Positions 33,850 to 43,027 of a stretch of DNA of 64,000 nucleotides are shown piece after piece. Position 1 is the stretch's first letter. Every line of letters starts with the position of its first letter. The stretch comes from an uncultured Verrucomicrobiae bacterium. Lineage in GTDB: Bacteria; Verrucomicrobiota; Verrucomicrobiia; Chthoniobacterales; UBA10450. A program made the position numbers and the translations under genes. Location: positions 736,001-800,000 of the forward strand of contig CAVYXA010000003.1 of assembly GCA_963772365.1 (NCBI GenBank). The letters are read 5' to 3'. Under the pieces are notes generated by a model. That model was not told the origin of the DNA. It saw only the letters and a list, made by a program, of their open reading frames with translations, and did not search any database.

Positions 33850-34857
33850 ATGAAGCGTTTTCTCATCACCATCCCTATTGTTATCGCAGTTCTTGTGGCG
33901 GCCCTCGGACTCGCGATCGCAATTGGCGGACCAGGCGAGCCGCCGAGGCCAATGTCGAGCATTAGTGACCCTTTCAAGAAGGTGGATTTCTCCGATTTAC
34001 CGGAACTCAGTTACTTTACGGCTCGCGACGGCGCCAAACTCGCCTTTCGGGCCTACCCGACTGCCGGTGACGCCGTCAAAGGCAGCGTGGTGCTCGTGCA
34101 CGGCTCCTCTGCCAGCAGCAGCAGCATGCACCTGATGGCCAAGGGATTTGCCGCCGCTGGCTATGCAGCTTACGCGCTGGACATCCGCGGACACGGCCGA
34201 TCCGGCGTCAAAGGCCACATCGCCTATGTCGGGCAGTTGGAGGACGACATGGAAGACTTTGTCCATTCGACGAAATTGGCTCAACCTTCCACGCTCGTCG
34301 GGTTCTCTTCCGGCGGCGGATTTGTGCTTCGCTTCGCGGGCAGTCCACGTCAGGAACTATTCGCCAACTATCTTCTTCTTTCTCCTTGGATCAGTCAGGA
34401 CGCAGCGACGTTGCGTCCGGGTAACGGCGGCTGGGCTACCGTGGGGGTTCCCCGCATCATCGCGATCGCCGCGCTCAACGGGTTTGGCGTACACGCATTT
34501 GACGACCTGCCCGTGGTCAGATTCGCGGTCGACGAGCGGGACAAAGGCTTGCTCACCCCGCAATATTCCTTCGCGCTCGCGCAGAACTTCAGGCCTGAGC
34601 GCGATTACCAGGCAAACATTCGAGCGATTAGGAAAACCCTTCGGGTGCTCGTCGGTCAGAATGATGAAGTGTCTTACGCCGATAAGTTTGCTGCCGTTTT
34701 CAAGACAGCGGGTAAGGATGTTTCCGTGACGGTGCTTCCCGGGATCGACCACATCTCGCTCACACTTGATCCAGTCGCCGTCCAAGCGGCAATCGCGGCG
34801 GTTGAAAGCATGGATCACGAAAAGCCTAACCAGACATCTGAGGTAATCGGTCAATAA
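33850..34857 (+). CDS. Secreted alpha/beta hydrolase (cassette ORF)
   Basis: VLVHGS, DIRGHGRS, GFSSGG nucleophile elbow, DE, GIDH; flanked by TTAGGC and the complementary GCCTAAC at 34824. Confidence 0.9.
   Translation: MKRFLITIPIVIAVLVAALGLAIAIGGPGEPPRPMSSISDPFKKVDFSDLPELSYFTARDGAKLAFRAYPTAGDAVKGSVVLVHGSSASSSSMHLMAKGFAAAGYAAYALDIRGHGRSGVKGHIAYVGQLEDDMEDFVHSTKLAQPSTLVGFSSGGGFVLRFAGSPRQELFANYLLLSPWISQDAATLRPGNGGWATVGVPRIIAIAALNGFGVHAFDDLPVVRFAVDERDKGLLTPQYSFALAQNFRPERDYQANIRAIRKTLRVLVGQNDEVSYADKFAAVFKTAGKDVSVTVLPGIDHISLTLDPVAVQAAIAAVESMDHEKPNQTSEVIGQ
34824..34847 (+). mobile_element. Left half of an attC site, truncated
   Basis: GCCTAACCAGACATCTGAG resembles the 5' ends of attC1-3; no matching right arm, and an IS110 remnant follows. 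Confidence 0.6.
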
Positions 34858-35150
34858 TTTTGGGTGAACGCTTCGTAGCTCAGGATCGTGCCGCGCGGCG
34901 CTGAAGGCGCATTGGAGGAAGGCAGTGCGCAGCATTTCTACTCCACGTTTACTCATTTTGATCCGGCCTAGCCATTGTCCGCTCTGGCGCAAGCGCGGGT
35001 CGTTACCCATAAAGGCTTGGAGGCGGGCGGCGGCCTGGCGGTTACTGCCAGCGTGTAAGATTTCGCCGGGCAAAAAAGCCAGTACTCTGACGGCAAAATC
35101 GAAGAAACCTCAACTCTGGCTCCAAAGCCATCCCGTCGATTGGACCCACT
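34850..35150 (-). pseudogene. IS110-family transposase C-terminal remnant
   Basis: LQAFMGNDPRLRQSGQW.G..KMSKRG..MLR.AFLQCAFSAARHDPELR matches the IS110 C-terminal motif; upstream in-frame stop, no N-terminal domain seen. Confidence 0.78.
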
Positions 35151-35308
35151 GGTGGACCAAAACCGCTTTAACCAAGACCAAACTAAACCCCGGTTGGCCT
35201 TCATCCCCTCGACCTCCCAACTGACAATTGATCAACACTACCCTTGGAAAATAAGATCCTGAAATTGCGCTTGACGGACGGGCGCCGGGTTCTCATTCTG
35301 CAACTCTT

Positions 35309-36007
35309 ATGAAACCTCCCAGGCATGCGAAGTCACGGAGAGCGGCCACGATCAACCATGCGCGCTGGCTGGCCTACGCCACGGCGGGCGCGGCCACGAT
35401 GATTGGTGGCGCCGAGTCGGCGGAAGCGACCATCCACTACTCCGGAGTCATCAACCGAACCTTCAACGCGCCTCCCAACGCTTCCAGCTTTCAAACGTTT
35501 ACCTTGGATCAACCCGGTGATTTCTTCAGGATCGGCCAGGCCGTGTTGAATTCTGCCGGAACCGATGGGTTCGCCGGCTTTGGCATGGGTGGCATCGTTT
35601 CGGGGAAATTTGTGGGCTACACCAGTTCGGCAGGCGCGTTTGCGCTTGAGTCAAGGTTGCTTGTTGGGCAGGCATTTTCGATGGCGACGAATTTTGTCGC
35701 CAATGGAACCGTGTATGGCACCGGGACCCTCGCAGGCGGTAGTGTATACGGCCAATTTCGCACGGCGGGTCCGGGCTACATTGGTTTTCGGTTTAATAGC
35801 GGCAGCGGTATGCAGTTTGGTTGGGCCCACGTCCAGATGAACGGAGCGGGCGCCGCTAACAGTTTCACTCTGATCGATTATGCATTCGGCGATGTCGGCG
35901 ATTCAATCGTAGCGGGCCAGATACCCGAGCCGGGTTCGCTCGGGCTGCTCGCTTTGGGAGGAATCGGACTCCTCGTCTGGCGCAAGCGCCGGCTGAAAGC
36001 GACCTAG
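35309..36007 (+). CDS. PEP-CTERM surface protein
   Basis: RWLAYATAGAA..AEATIHYSG signal; C-terminal IPEPGSLGLLALGGIGLLVWRKRR. Confidence 0.93.
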   Translation: MKPPRHAKSRRAATINHARWLAYATAGAATMIGGAESAEATIHYSGVINRTFNAPPNASSFQTFTLDQPGDFFRIGQAVLNSAGTDGFAGFGMGGIVSGKFVGYTSSAGAFALESRLLVGQAFSMATNFVANGTVYGTGTLAGGSVYGQFRTAGPGYIGFRFNSGSGMQFGWAHVQMNGAGAANSFTLIDYAFGDVGDSIVAGQIPEPGSLGLLALGGIGLLVWRKRRLKAT

Positions 36008-36042
36008 GGAGAGGGTCAGAGGACCTAGGGAGAGGGTCAGAG
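36001..36042. repeat. 21-bp tandem duplication between convergent stop codons
   Basis: GACCTAGGGAGAGGGTCAGAG x2; each unit contains the PEP-CTERM stop (TAG) and the reverse-strand mlaF stop (TCA). Confidence 0.85.
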
Positions 36043-36801
36043 CTTACCATCGACAATAGCGGCGGCTCCATTTCGCTCGGAGCGGCCGAGAAGAAAATCC
36101 TGGATGATCGGATCGCTCGATTGCTGCAGGTCCGACGTTGTTCCGTGGAAATAAATCCGGCCTTCGTGCAGATAGGCGATGCGGTCGGCGACATGAAATG
36201 CGCTCTTCATATCGTGACTGACCACGATGCTGGTTACCCCAAAGCGCTGCTGTAACCGCCGGATCAGGTGATTGATGCTATCGGCCACGACCGGATCGAG
36301 TCCTGAGGTCGGCTCGTCGTAGAGCACGCATAACGGCCGGCGAATGATCGCACGTGCCAGGCCGACGCGCTTTTTCATTCCGCCGCTCAGGTTCACCGGC
36401 ATTTTCTCGTGCTCGCCTTCCATCTCGATCACTTCGAGCATCTCATTCACTTTCGCGCGCAATGTCTGGGCATCGCGCATCCCGGCTTCGCGCAAAGGAA
36501 ACGCGATGTTTTCTTCCACCGTCATCGAATCGAATAATGCGCCACCCTGAAACAGGATTCCCACTTTCTGGCGGACTGCTTCCAGACCGCGCTCGCTCAT
36601 TCCAACAATGTTCTGATTGTCGATCCAAATTTCGCCTGCGTCCGGTTTCATCAACCCGATCAGATGTTTGAGCAGCACGCTTTTGCCTCCACCGCTTCGC
36701 CCGATGATGACCAGCGTCTCGCCTTTGTTTACCTGAAGATCAACGCCGCGCAGAATTTCCTGACTGCCGATCGCTTTGGCCAGCGACTGCACTTTGATCA
36801 T
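36037..36801 (-). CDS. mlaF: MlaF-family ABC ATPase
   Basis: GRSGGGKS, FQGGALFDS, LSGGMKKRVGLARA, DEPTSGLDP. Confidence 0.93.
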   Translation of the reverse strand: MIKVQSLAKAIGSQEILRGVDLQVNKGETLVIIGRSGGGKSVLLKHLIGLMKPDAGEIWIDNQNIVGMSERGLEAVRQKVGILFQGGALFDSMTVEENIAFPLREAGMRDAQTLRAKVNEMLEVIEMEGEHEKMPVNLSGGMKKRVGLARAIIRRPLCVLYDEPTSGLDPVVADSINHLIRRLQQRFGVTSIVVSHDMKSAFHVADRIAYLHEGRIYFHGTTSDLQQSSDPIIQDFLLGRSERNGAAAIVDGKL

Positions 36802-36818
36802 GGCTTTGAATTATCAGA

Positions 36819-36877
36819 TCCCATTACTCCATCACTCACCCGTTTCAACCATGTAACCATGTAACGATTTAACGATG
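36819..36877. repeat. Short degenerate 8-mer tandem repeats between mlaE and mlaF
   Basis: CCATTACT CCATCACT, then AACCATGT AACCATGT AACGATTT AACGATG. Confidence 0.6.
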
Positions 36878-36878
36878 A

Positions 36879-37661
36879 TCATTGGTAACCGGCGGGAAAA
36901 ATGATGTTCAAACCCATCGTCAGGAAAAAATTCGAGACCAGAACGGCCAGTGATGCATTGACCACGGCTTCGGTCGTTGCCCGGCCCACGCCGACTGCGC
37001 CTTCGCGCGCGGTGAGCCCTTTGTGGCAACTGATGAAAACGATCAAGATCGCAAAACAGAACGCCTTGATCAGCCCCATTGTGATATCGCGCGAATGTGT
37101 CCAACGCACCATGTTGGCAACATAGTAGGGACCGTTGATGCCGAGCAGTCCGACCGATACAAAATAACTGGCAGCGATACCGAAGGCGATGCATTCCGCC
37201 ACGAGCAGCGGCATCGATAGCATCATCGCCAGCGTGCGCGGGACGACTAAATAATCAATCGGATGAACAGCCAACGCCCGAAGTGCGTCGATCTGCTCCG
37301 TGACTTTCATCGTCCCAATCTCGGCCGACATCGCCGCGCCGACGCGGCCGCTTATCATTAACGCGGTCAGAACCGGTGCGAGCTCGCGGCAAAGCGACAC
37401 CGAAACAAGCGCGCCAACGGCTGAGCCCATACCGAGCTTGTTGAATTGGAAAAACGCCTGCGCCGCAAAGACCGCGCCGGTAAACCCGCCCGTGATCACG
37501 ACCAGAAGCTGCGAAAGCAATCCGATTTCGACGACCTGGTGCAGGAATAATTTCCAGCGCAGTTTTCGGGAGAAGATCGACAGCGTCGTTTCGACAGCGA
37601 GCACGACGAGTTCGCCTAAGTATTGAAAAAACGAGATGACTGCTCTACCCAGCGCACGCAT
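36879..37661 (-). CDS. mlaE: MlaE-family ABC permease
   Basis: RELAPVLTALM.SGRVGAAMSAEIGTMKVTEQIDAL, GAVGVGRATT.AVV. Confidence 0.94.
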   Translation of the reverse strand: MRALGRAVISFFQYLGELVVLAVETTLSIFSRKLRWKLFLHQVVEIGLLSQLLVVITGGFTGAVFAAQAFFQFNKLGMGSAVGALVSVSLCRELAPVLTALMISGRVGAAMSAEIGTMKVTEQIDALRALAVHPIDYLVVPRTLAMMLSMPLLVAECIAFGIAASYFVSVGLLGINGPYYVANMVRWTHSRDITMGLIKAFCFAILIVFISCHKGLTAREGAVGVGRATTEAVVNASLAVLVSNFFLTMGLNIIFPAGYQ

Positions 37662-37775
37662 GGCTGGATAATTTAGGAGCAGACTGGAAACCGGCGCAAT
37701 GCCTCAAGTTCGTCGAGATTTAGTGTCGTGGTTTGCGTTGGCTCTCAAGTTGGGTAACAGGATGTCGATCTTCTA

Positions 37776-38306
37776 ATGAAATTCGCAATCGTTGCAGGGC
37801 AAGCGCTCCGCTTGCCGACCCTGATCAAGCGGAGCGCTTGCCCTACAATTTTGCTGAGTCTGCTTTTTCTCGCCGGCTGCCAAACGGTCCCCGAGGGGAT
37901 TCAACGGGCAAGAGTGGCGGCAGCCCAGCAGATCGCAGCCGAGCCGCCCGGCGATTACTTCATCGGCCGGCGTTATTACAATCCATTTTTCAAATTCTGG
38001 GGCTATGTGCGTCGGCCTGGTCAGCCGTGGAGCACCGCGCAGCTAGTGATGTTTAATGAAAAGGACAAGCTGGCGCCCGACCGTGAGCAATTGACGTTCG
38101 GGTTCGATAACAATTACGAATACAAGCTTCATGGCTACTTCAGCGGCGACAGAGTTTACGAGCCGGCCAGCAACAGCATCTATCCGGAATTCGTCCTGAA
38201 AGGATATGAGCTGATTTCGACAAATCCGCCGCCGATTTTCCGGAGCCAGGTTGACGAGCGGGCGAAGGCTGCGACCACGCGCTACACGATTGAAAGGCCG
38301 CAGTGA
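37776..38306 (+). CDS. Conserved hypothetical lipoprotein
   Basis: LLFLAGC lipobox; EPPGDYFIGRRYY..KFWGYVR.P...W. Confidence 0.75.
   Translation: MKFAIVAGQALRLPTLIKRSACPTILLSLLFLAGCQTVPEGIQRARVAAAQQIAAEPPGDYFIGRRYYNPFFKFWGYVRRPGQPWSTAQLVMFNEKDKLAPDREQLTFGFDNNYEYKLHGYFSGDRVYEPASNSIYPEFVLKGYELISTNPPPIFRSQVDERAKAATTRYTIERPQ
37791..37849. repeat. GTAG-type REP doublet inside the lipoprotein 5' end
   Basis: TTGCAGGGCAAGCGCTCCGCTTG ... CAAGCGGAGCGCTTGCCCTACAA inverted pair. Confidence 0.8.
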
Positions 38307-38331
38307 TGCAGGAAACACGGGTGCAACTGCT

Positions 38332-38456
38332 TGTCATTCTGAGCGCAGCGAAGAATCTCAAATCATTTCTTCCGTGTTATCCCGAAACCGAATGATCAAA
38401 GATGCTTCGCTTCGCTCAATTCGCCACAGGATGAATCCGCCGCGGTGGACATGACA
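38332..38456. repeat. REP-like palindrome (TGTCAT...ATGACA) carrying a nested 30-bp insert
   Basis: TGTCATTCTGAGCGCAGCGAAGAATCTC ... GATGCTTCGCTTCGCTCAA[30 bp]CATGACA. Confidence 0.82.
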
Positions 38457-38517
38457 AAGACTGCTGATGGCTGCTGCAAGACCTGCTTGAGTCGATCGTC
38501 ACGTATGGCTCCGGAAT

Positions 38518-38596
38518 GGCTATGAGCTATGAGCTATGAGCTATGGCTATGGGCTATGGGCTTGGACTCATAGCCCATAGCTCATAGCTCATAGCT
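38518..38596. repeat. Inverted heptamer arrays (GCTATGA/TCATAGC)
   Basis: About 6 GCTATG(A/G) units followed by about 4 (C/T)CATAGC units downstream of argF'. Confidence 0.85.
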
Positions 38597-38598
38597 TG

Positions 38599-39619
38599 CT
38601 ACGAAACCCTCCCCAGCATCGAAAGGAGAAGCGCCCGTTGCACATGCAGCCGGTTTTCTGCTTCGTCGATCACGGCGGAGCTGGGGCCATCGAGCACGTC
38701 GTCGTCGATCTCCACGTTGCGACGGACCGGCAGGCAGTGCATCACCACCGCCTTTCCGCCCCGGGTGGACCGAAGCCGGCGGGCGGTCAACCGCCAGTCG
38801 CGGAGCCCGGCTCGAAGCGCCGCTTCCTCGGCCGGCTGGCCGAAGTGCTTCACCGAGCCCCACGATTTCACATAGACGGCGTCGGCGCCGACCACCGCTT
38901 CGTCCGGGTCATTCATGATGTGGACGAACTCGCCGCCCCGTTCCTGGGCGATCTTCCGGATCAGCGCGGTGTCCTCCGGATCCAGCTCGTACCCTTCGGG
39001 CCGGGCGATGGCGATTTCCATGCCGAGGTGGGCCGCGGCGAGTGCGGCGCTGGCAGGGACCGCCGTCGGGAGCGCCTTGGGATGCCAGGCCCACTGCAGC
39101 ACGAACCGTTTGCCACGGGGGTCGCCCAGCTTCTCCTTGAGCGTCATCGCGTCGGCCAGTTGCTGGCAGGGATGCCGCCGGGACGATTCCATATTGATCA
39201 CCGGCTTCTCGCAGAAGCCGGCGAAATCACGCACCACCCGGTCTTCCCGGACGCTGCCCCAATCGGTGCCCCGGGGAAACGATCGCACCCCGACGACATC
39301 GGCATAACGGCCCAGCACCCGGGCCGCATCCTTCACGTGCTCCACCGTGGTCCCGTCCATCACCGCACCCGGCTCAGTCTCCAGGGTCCAGCTGCTTTTC
39401 CCGGGCTCGAGCGCGACCGCGTGCCCACCGTGGAGGTACATGGCCGTCTCGAAGCTGGTCCGGGTCCGGAGACTCGGGTCCATGAAGACCATGGCCATCA
39501 CTTTCCCTTCGAGGCCGCCTTGCACTTCGCCCCGCTTGATCCGCGCCGCCAGCTCGAGGAGCCGGGTCGATGGCGTCGGGCCCCCATTCCTCGGCGGTGA
39601 TGAAATCGCGCTTGGTCAT
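38599..39619 (-). CDS. argF: N-acetylornithine carbamoyltransferase (ArgF'), frameshifted near the start
   Basis: F.DPSLRTRTSF, VEHVKDAA, INMES..RHPCQ, WAWHPKALP, HCLPVRRNVE are the acetylornithine-type signatures. Confidence 0.9.
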
Positions 39620-40794
39620 GCCAGCACCTCCCGGAGTGCGGAGAGCAGGATCTCCGCCTCCGGCCGGCTGAACGTCAGCGGCGGGATGAGGCGAAGGATG
39701 GATGGGTCGGTCGCGGTGCCGACCAGGATCTTCCTGGTCATCAGGGCCTTCTGGACGTCGGCGGCCGGCCGGCTGAGTCGCACGCCAATAAGAAGGCCCC
39801 GGCCCTCTATTCCGATGACCCCGGGGAGGCTGCCCGCGACAGCGCTGAGGTGGCCGCCCACCTCGATCGCATTGGCGATCAGCTTCTCCCGATCCAGTAC
39901 TTCGAGGGTCGCCAGCGCAGCGGCACAAGGCACCGGCCCGCCGCCGAAGGTACTGCCGAGATCCCCGGTCTTCACCCGGGCGCCGATCGCCTCGGAGATC
40001 AGGGTGGCGCCGATCGGGAGACCGGAGGCCAGACCCTTGGCCAGGGTCAGCAGGTCCGGGATGACCCCGAACGACTCCGCCGCGGTGAAGGCGCCACAGC
40101 GTCCCACGCCGCACTGGACCTCATCATAGATGAGCATCGCGCCCCGGGCCGTGCACAGCTCGCGGATCCTCCGCAGGAAGGTGGGGGTCGACCGCGCGGG
40201 CCCCCGACATGCCCTGCACCGGCTCGAGAATCACCGCGGCGACAGTCGAATCAATCGCCTGCTCCAGCCCCTCCACCTGATTGAACGGGACCTTCCGGGA
40301 AAGCGGGACCCCGGCCCGGCAGCGCCCCCTCCTCGTATTTGATTCCGTGGGTCACCGCGAGGCAGGCGGCGGTCCTGCCATGCCAGCCGCCTTCCAGCGA
40401 GACCACGTTTCGCCGGCCGGTGACTTTGCGGGCCAGGTTCAGCGCATTCTCGTTGGCCTCCGCCCCGGAGTTGCAGAAAAACACCCGCGAGAGCGGGGCC
40501 GGCGCCCGGCTCGCCAGCTCGTCGGCCAGGCGCTCACGATTCTCGTGGGCCACCGCGGTCGAGTAAAACAGCAGCTTCTCCGCCTGCTCGGCGATGGCCC
40601 CCACCACGACCGGGTGACTGTGGCCGGTGGCGGAGACTGCGTGCCCGCCGTAGGCATCGAGCCACCGTTCTCCCTGTTCATCAACCAGCCAGGATCCCCT
40701 TGCCGGATACCGGTCTGACCGGAAAGATGGAGTAAGTGCCGAGGAGCGCCGACTGGTTGCCCGCCCCGCCCGCCTTGCCCGCTCCGCCTGCCAT
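39616..40794 (-). CDS. argD: Acetylornithine aminotransferase (frameshifted)
   Basis: WLDAYGGHAV..GH.HP, FCNSGAEANE, WHGRT, DEVQCG.GR, TLAKGLASG.PIG, STFGG. Confidence 0.9.
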
Positions 40795-40795
40795 G

Positions 40796-41819
40796 TCAGC
40801 ATGGAAACATCGCTCCTGCCCTGAGCCCCATCTCCTCCGGAAGCCCGAGCGCCAGATTCATCGCCTGGATGGCCTGACCCCCGGCGCCCTTGATCAGGTT
40901 GTCCACCGCGACCATCACCTGGACCTCGCGGCCGTCGGTGCTCTGCGCGGCGTGAATCAGGGCGTAGTTGGTGCCCACCGCATGGGTCAGCTCCGGCGGT
41001 TGATCGAGGAGGCGGACAAACGGCCGGTCGTCGTAGGCCTGCTGGAACAGGGACTTCAGGTCGACGGCCTTGGGCAACTGGGCGTGAAGCGTCAGGTAGA
41101 TCCCCCGCACGAAGGGACCGGAGTGGGTCATCAACCGGGCCCGGGCGGCGGGCTCACCGGTCCACTCCCGCCAGCGCTGCAGGATTTCCGCCTCATGCCG
41201 GTGCTTGAGCACCGAGTAGGCGAAGACGTTGTGGGCCCGGGCCGGATGATGGGTCGTGGGCCTGGGATGGACCCCTGCGCCACTCGACCCGGTGATCCCG
41301 AACAGCGAAGGGACCACCTCGATACCGAGACCCGCCAGCGGATACAGGGCCAGTTGCGCCGCCGTGGCGAAGCAGCCCGGCGCGGCCAGCGAGCCTTCCC
41401 CTGGAGCTGAGTACCGAGCACATCGGCCAGCGCGTAGGTGAAGCGCGGCACCAGACCCGGCACCGGGTGCGGGCCATAGAAGCGGGAGTACAACTCGAGG
41501 TCGCTGACCCGGAAGTCGGCGGCGAGATCGATGACCAGTTTCGGCTCGGCGGCAAACAGCTCTCGGCGACCCTGGAGGATTCGCCATGCTCCAGCGCCAG
41601 GAAGACGACATCCGCCTCCGGGCCGCCTCTCCGGCGAAGCACCGGAGAAGCGAACGTCGGTGAGCGGTGCCAGACCGGGGTGCACCTCCCCACCGGCACC
41701 CCGGCCTTGCTCCGGCTGGTGGCCACGATCCCGGCCACCTCGGGGTGCTGCATCAGGAGCCGGAGCAGCTCGCCACCGACATAGCCGGCGGCGCCGATGA
41801 CGGCGACACGAAAAGCCAT
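40796..41819 (-). CDS. argC: N-acetyl-gamma-glutamyl-phosphate reductase (frameshifted)
   Basis: GAAGYVGGELLRLL..HP, DLAADFR, PGCFAT, G.SGAG, HRH.AEI, DNLIKGAGGQA.Q.MN. Confidence 0.93.
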
Positions 41820-41861
41820 GATTGCTTCAGCCGGGATGGGGAGTCGTCGGTCGCGAGTCCG

Positions 41862-42997
41862 TCAGTTATGAACCATCTGACGACTGACGACGGCAGACTG
41901 CAGACTGCTTTCGGACGTCTGGTGACTGTCGTTCGTCGCCTGGGCCCGGGCCTCCAGCGCATCCCGTACCACCCCCACCAGGCCCTCGGCATCCCGCAGC
42001 GCGTTGTGGGCAGGAATCTGCAGCTCGGCCTTCACGTAGTCACGGCCCACCTCGTTGTCGGTGGCGGGACCGGTGATGACGGTAACCGGCAGGTTGAAGA
42101 GGTCCCGCATCAGCGTCACCGAGCCCCAGCAGCCGACCGGGTCAGGAGCGGCCATGACCTAGGCGGCGCCCACCTCCGTCAGCTCCTTGTCGCGAAGAAT
42201 GTCCTGCACCCCGTACTCGCCCAGAATGCCATCGCCCAGCTCGGCCAGGATCACGTCCGGCTTGGAGACCGCCAGCCGGTTGATGATACCCTTGGCGGAG
42301 CTCACAGAGAGCCCGGCCCGGGTGGTGGCGATACCGATGTCATTGAAGGTCAGGGCGGTAATGGCGCCGGCATCGAGCATCGAGAGCGAGTCACGCATGA
42401 GCGAGACACCGGTGAGCTTGGTGGCGGCCACCTTGAGCCCGGAACGCGAAAGGCCCCGGACCAGCTCGGTCGCCGCGACCGTCTTGCCGGCGTTCATGCA
42501 GGTGCCCGCCACATAGACCACCGGCACCTGGGACTCCAGCCGGTCCGCCGTCGGCACCGCGTGATCCTTGATATGCGCCGGCCGGCCAATCCGATCGCCC
42601 AGCTCGGGAAACTCAGAATCGCGCCGAGCACCTCGGCCTTGAAAGGCGCACCGTTTTCCGGGTTGCTCGAGGTGCACTTGCCGAGAATCCCGCCCAGGTT
42701 GAGCACCTCGATGGTATCACCCACCGCGATGTGGCTGGGCACCACCCCGGCGTAGCCCCGAAGCGCCCGGCGATGACCCAGGGTGCCGGCGAGAACGTCA
42801 CCCGCCCGGAGGGAAACCATTCGGCCGGTCCGGTCCTCCACCGTGTTGTAGCTCGGCTTGTCGTGGAGTATCCGCACGGCCAGCACATAGCCTTCCGCGG
42901 CGACGATCTCGTCTCCGATGATCACCTCGGTGCTCAACTGCGCGTTCCGCGTGCTGGAGGAAATGCGGTCGAGGCGGATACGGGTGGTCTTGACCAT
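41862..42997 (-). CDS. DUF1611/DgcN-like P-loop protein inside the arg operon (frameshifted)
   Basis: Three consecutive frames: RLDRISSST..GRM..LRAGDVLAGTLGHRRAL.GY.G; VAGTCMNAGKT..KLTG..RD..M.DAGA..ELGDGILGEYG; A.DPVG.WG..TGPATDN.VG. Confidence 0.75.
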
Positions 42998-43027
42998 GGG
43001 GTGCTCCTTCGAGTGTATCGTGTGCCG

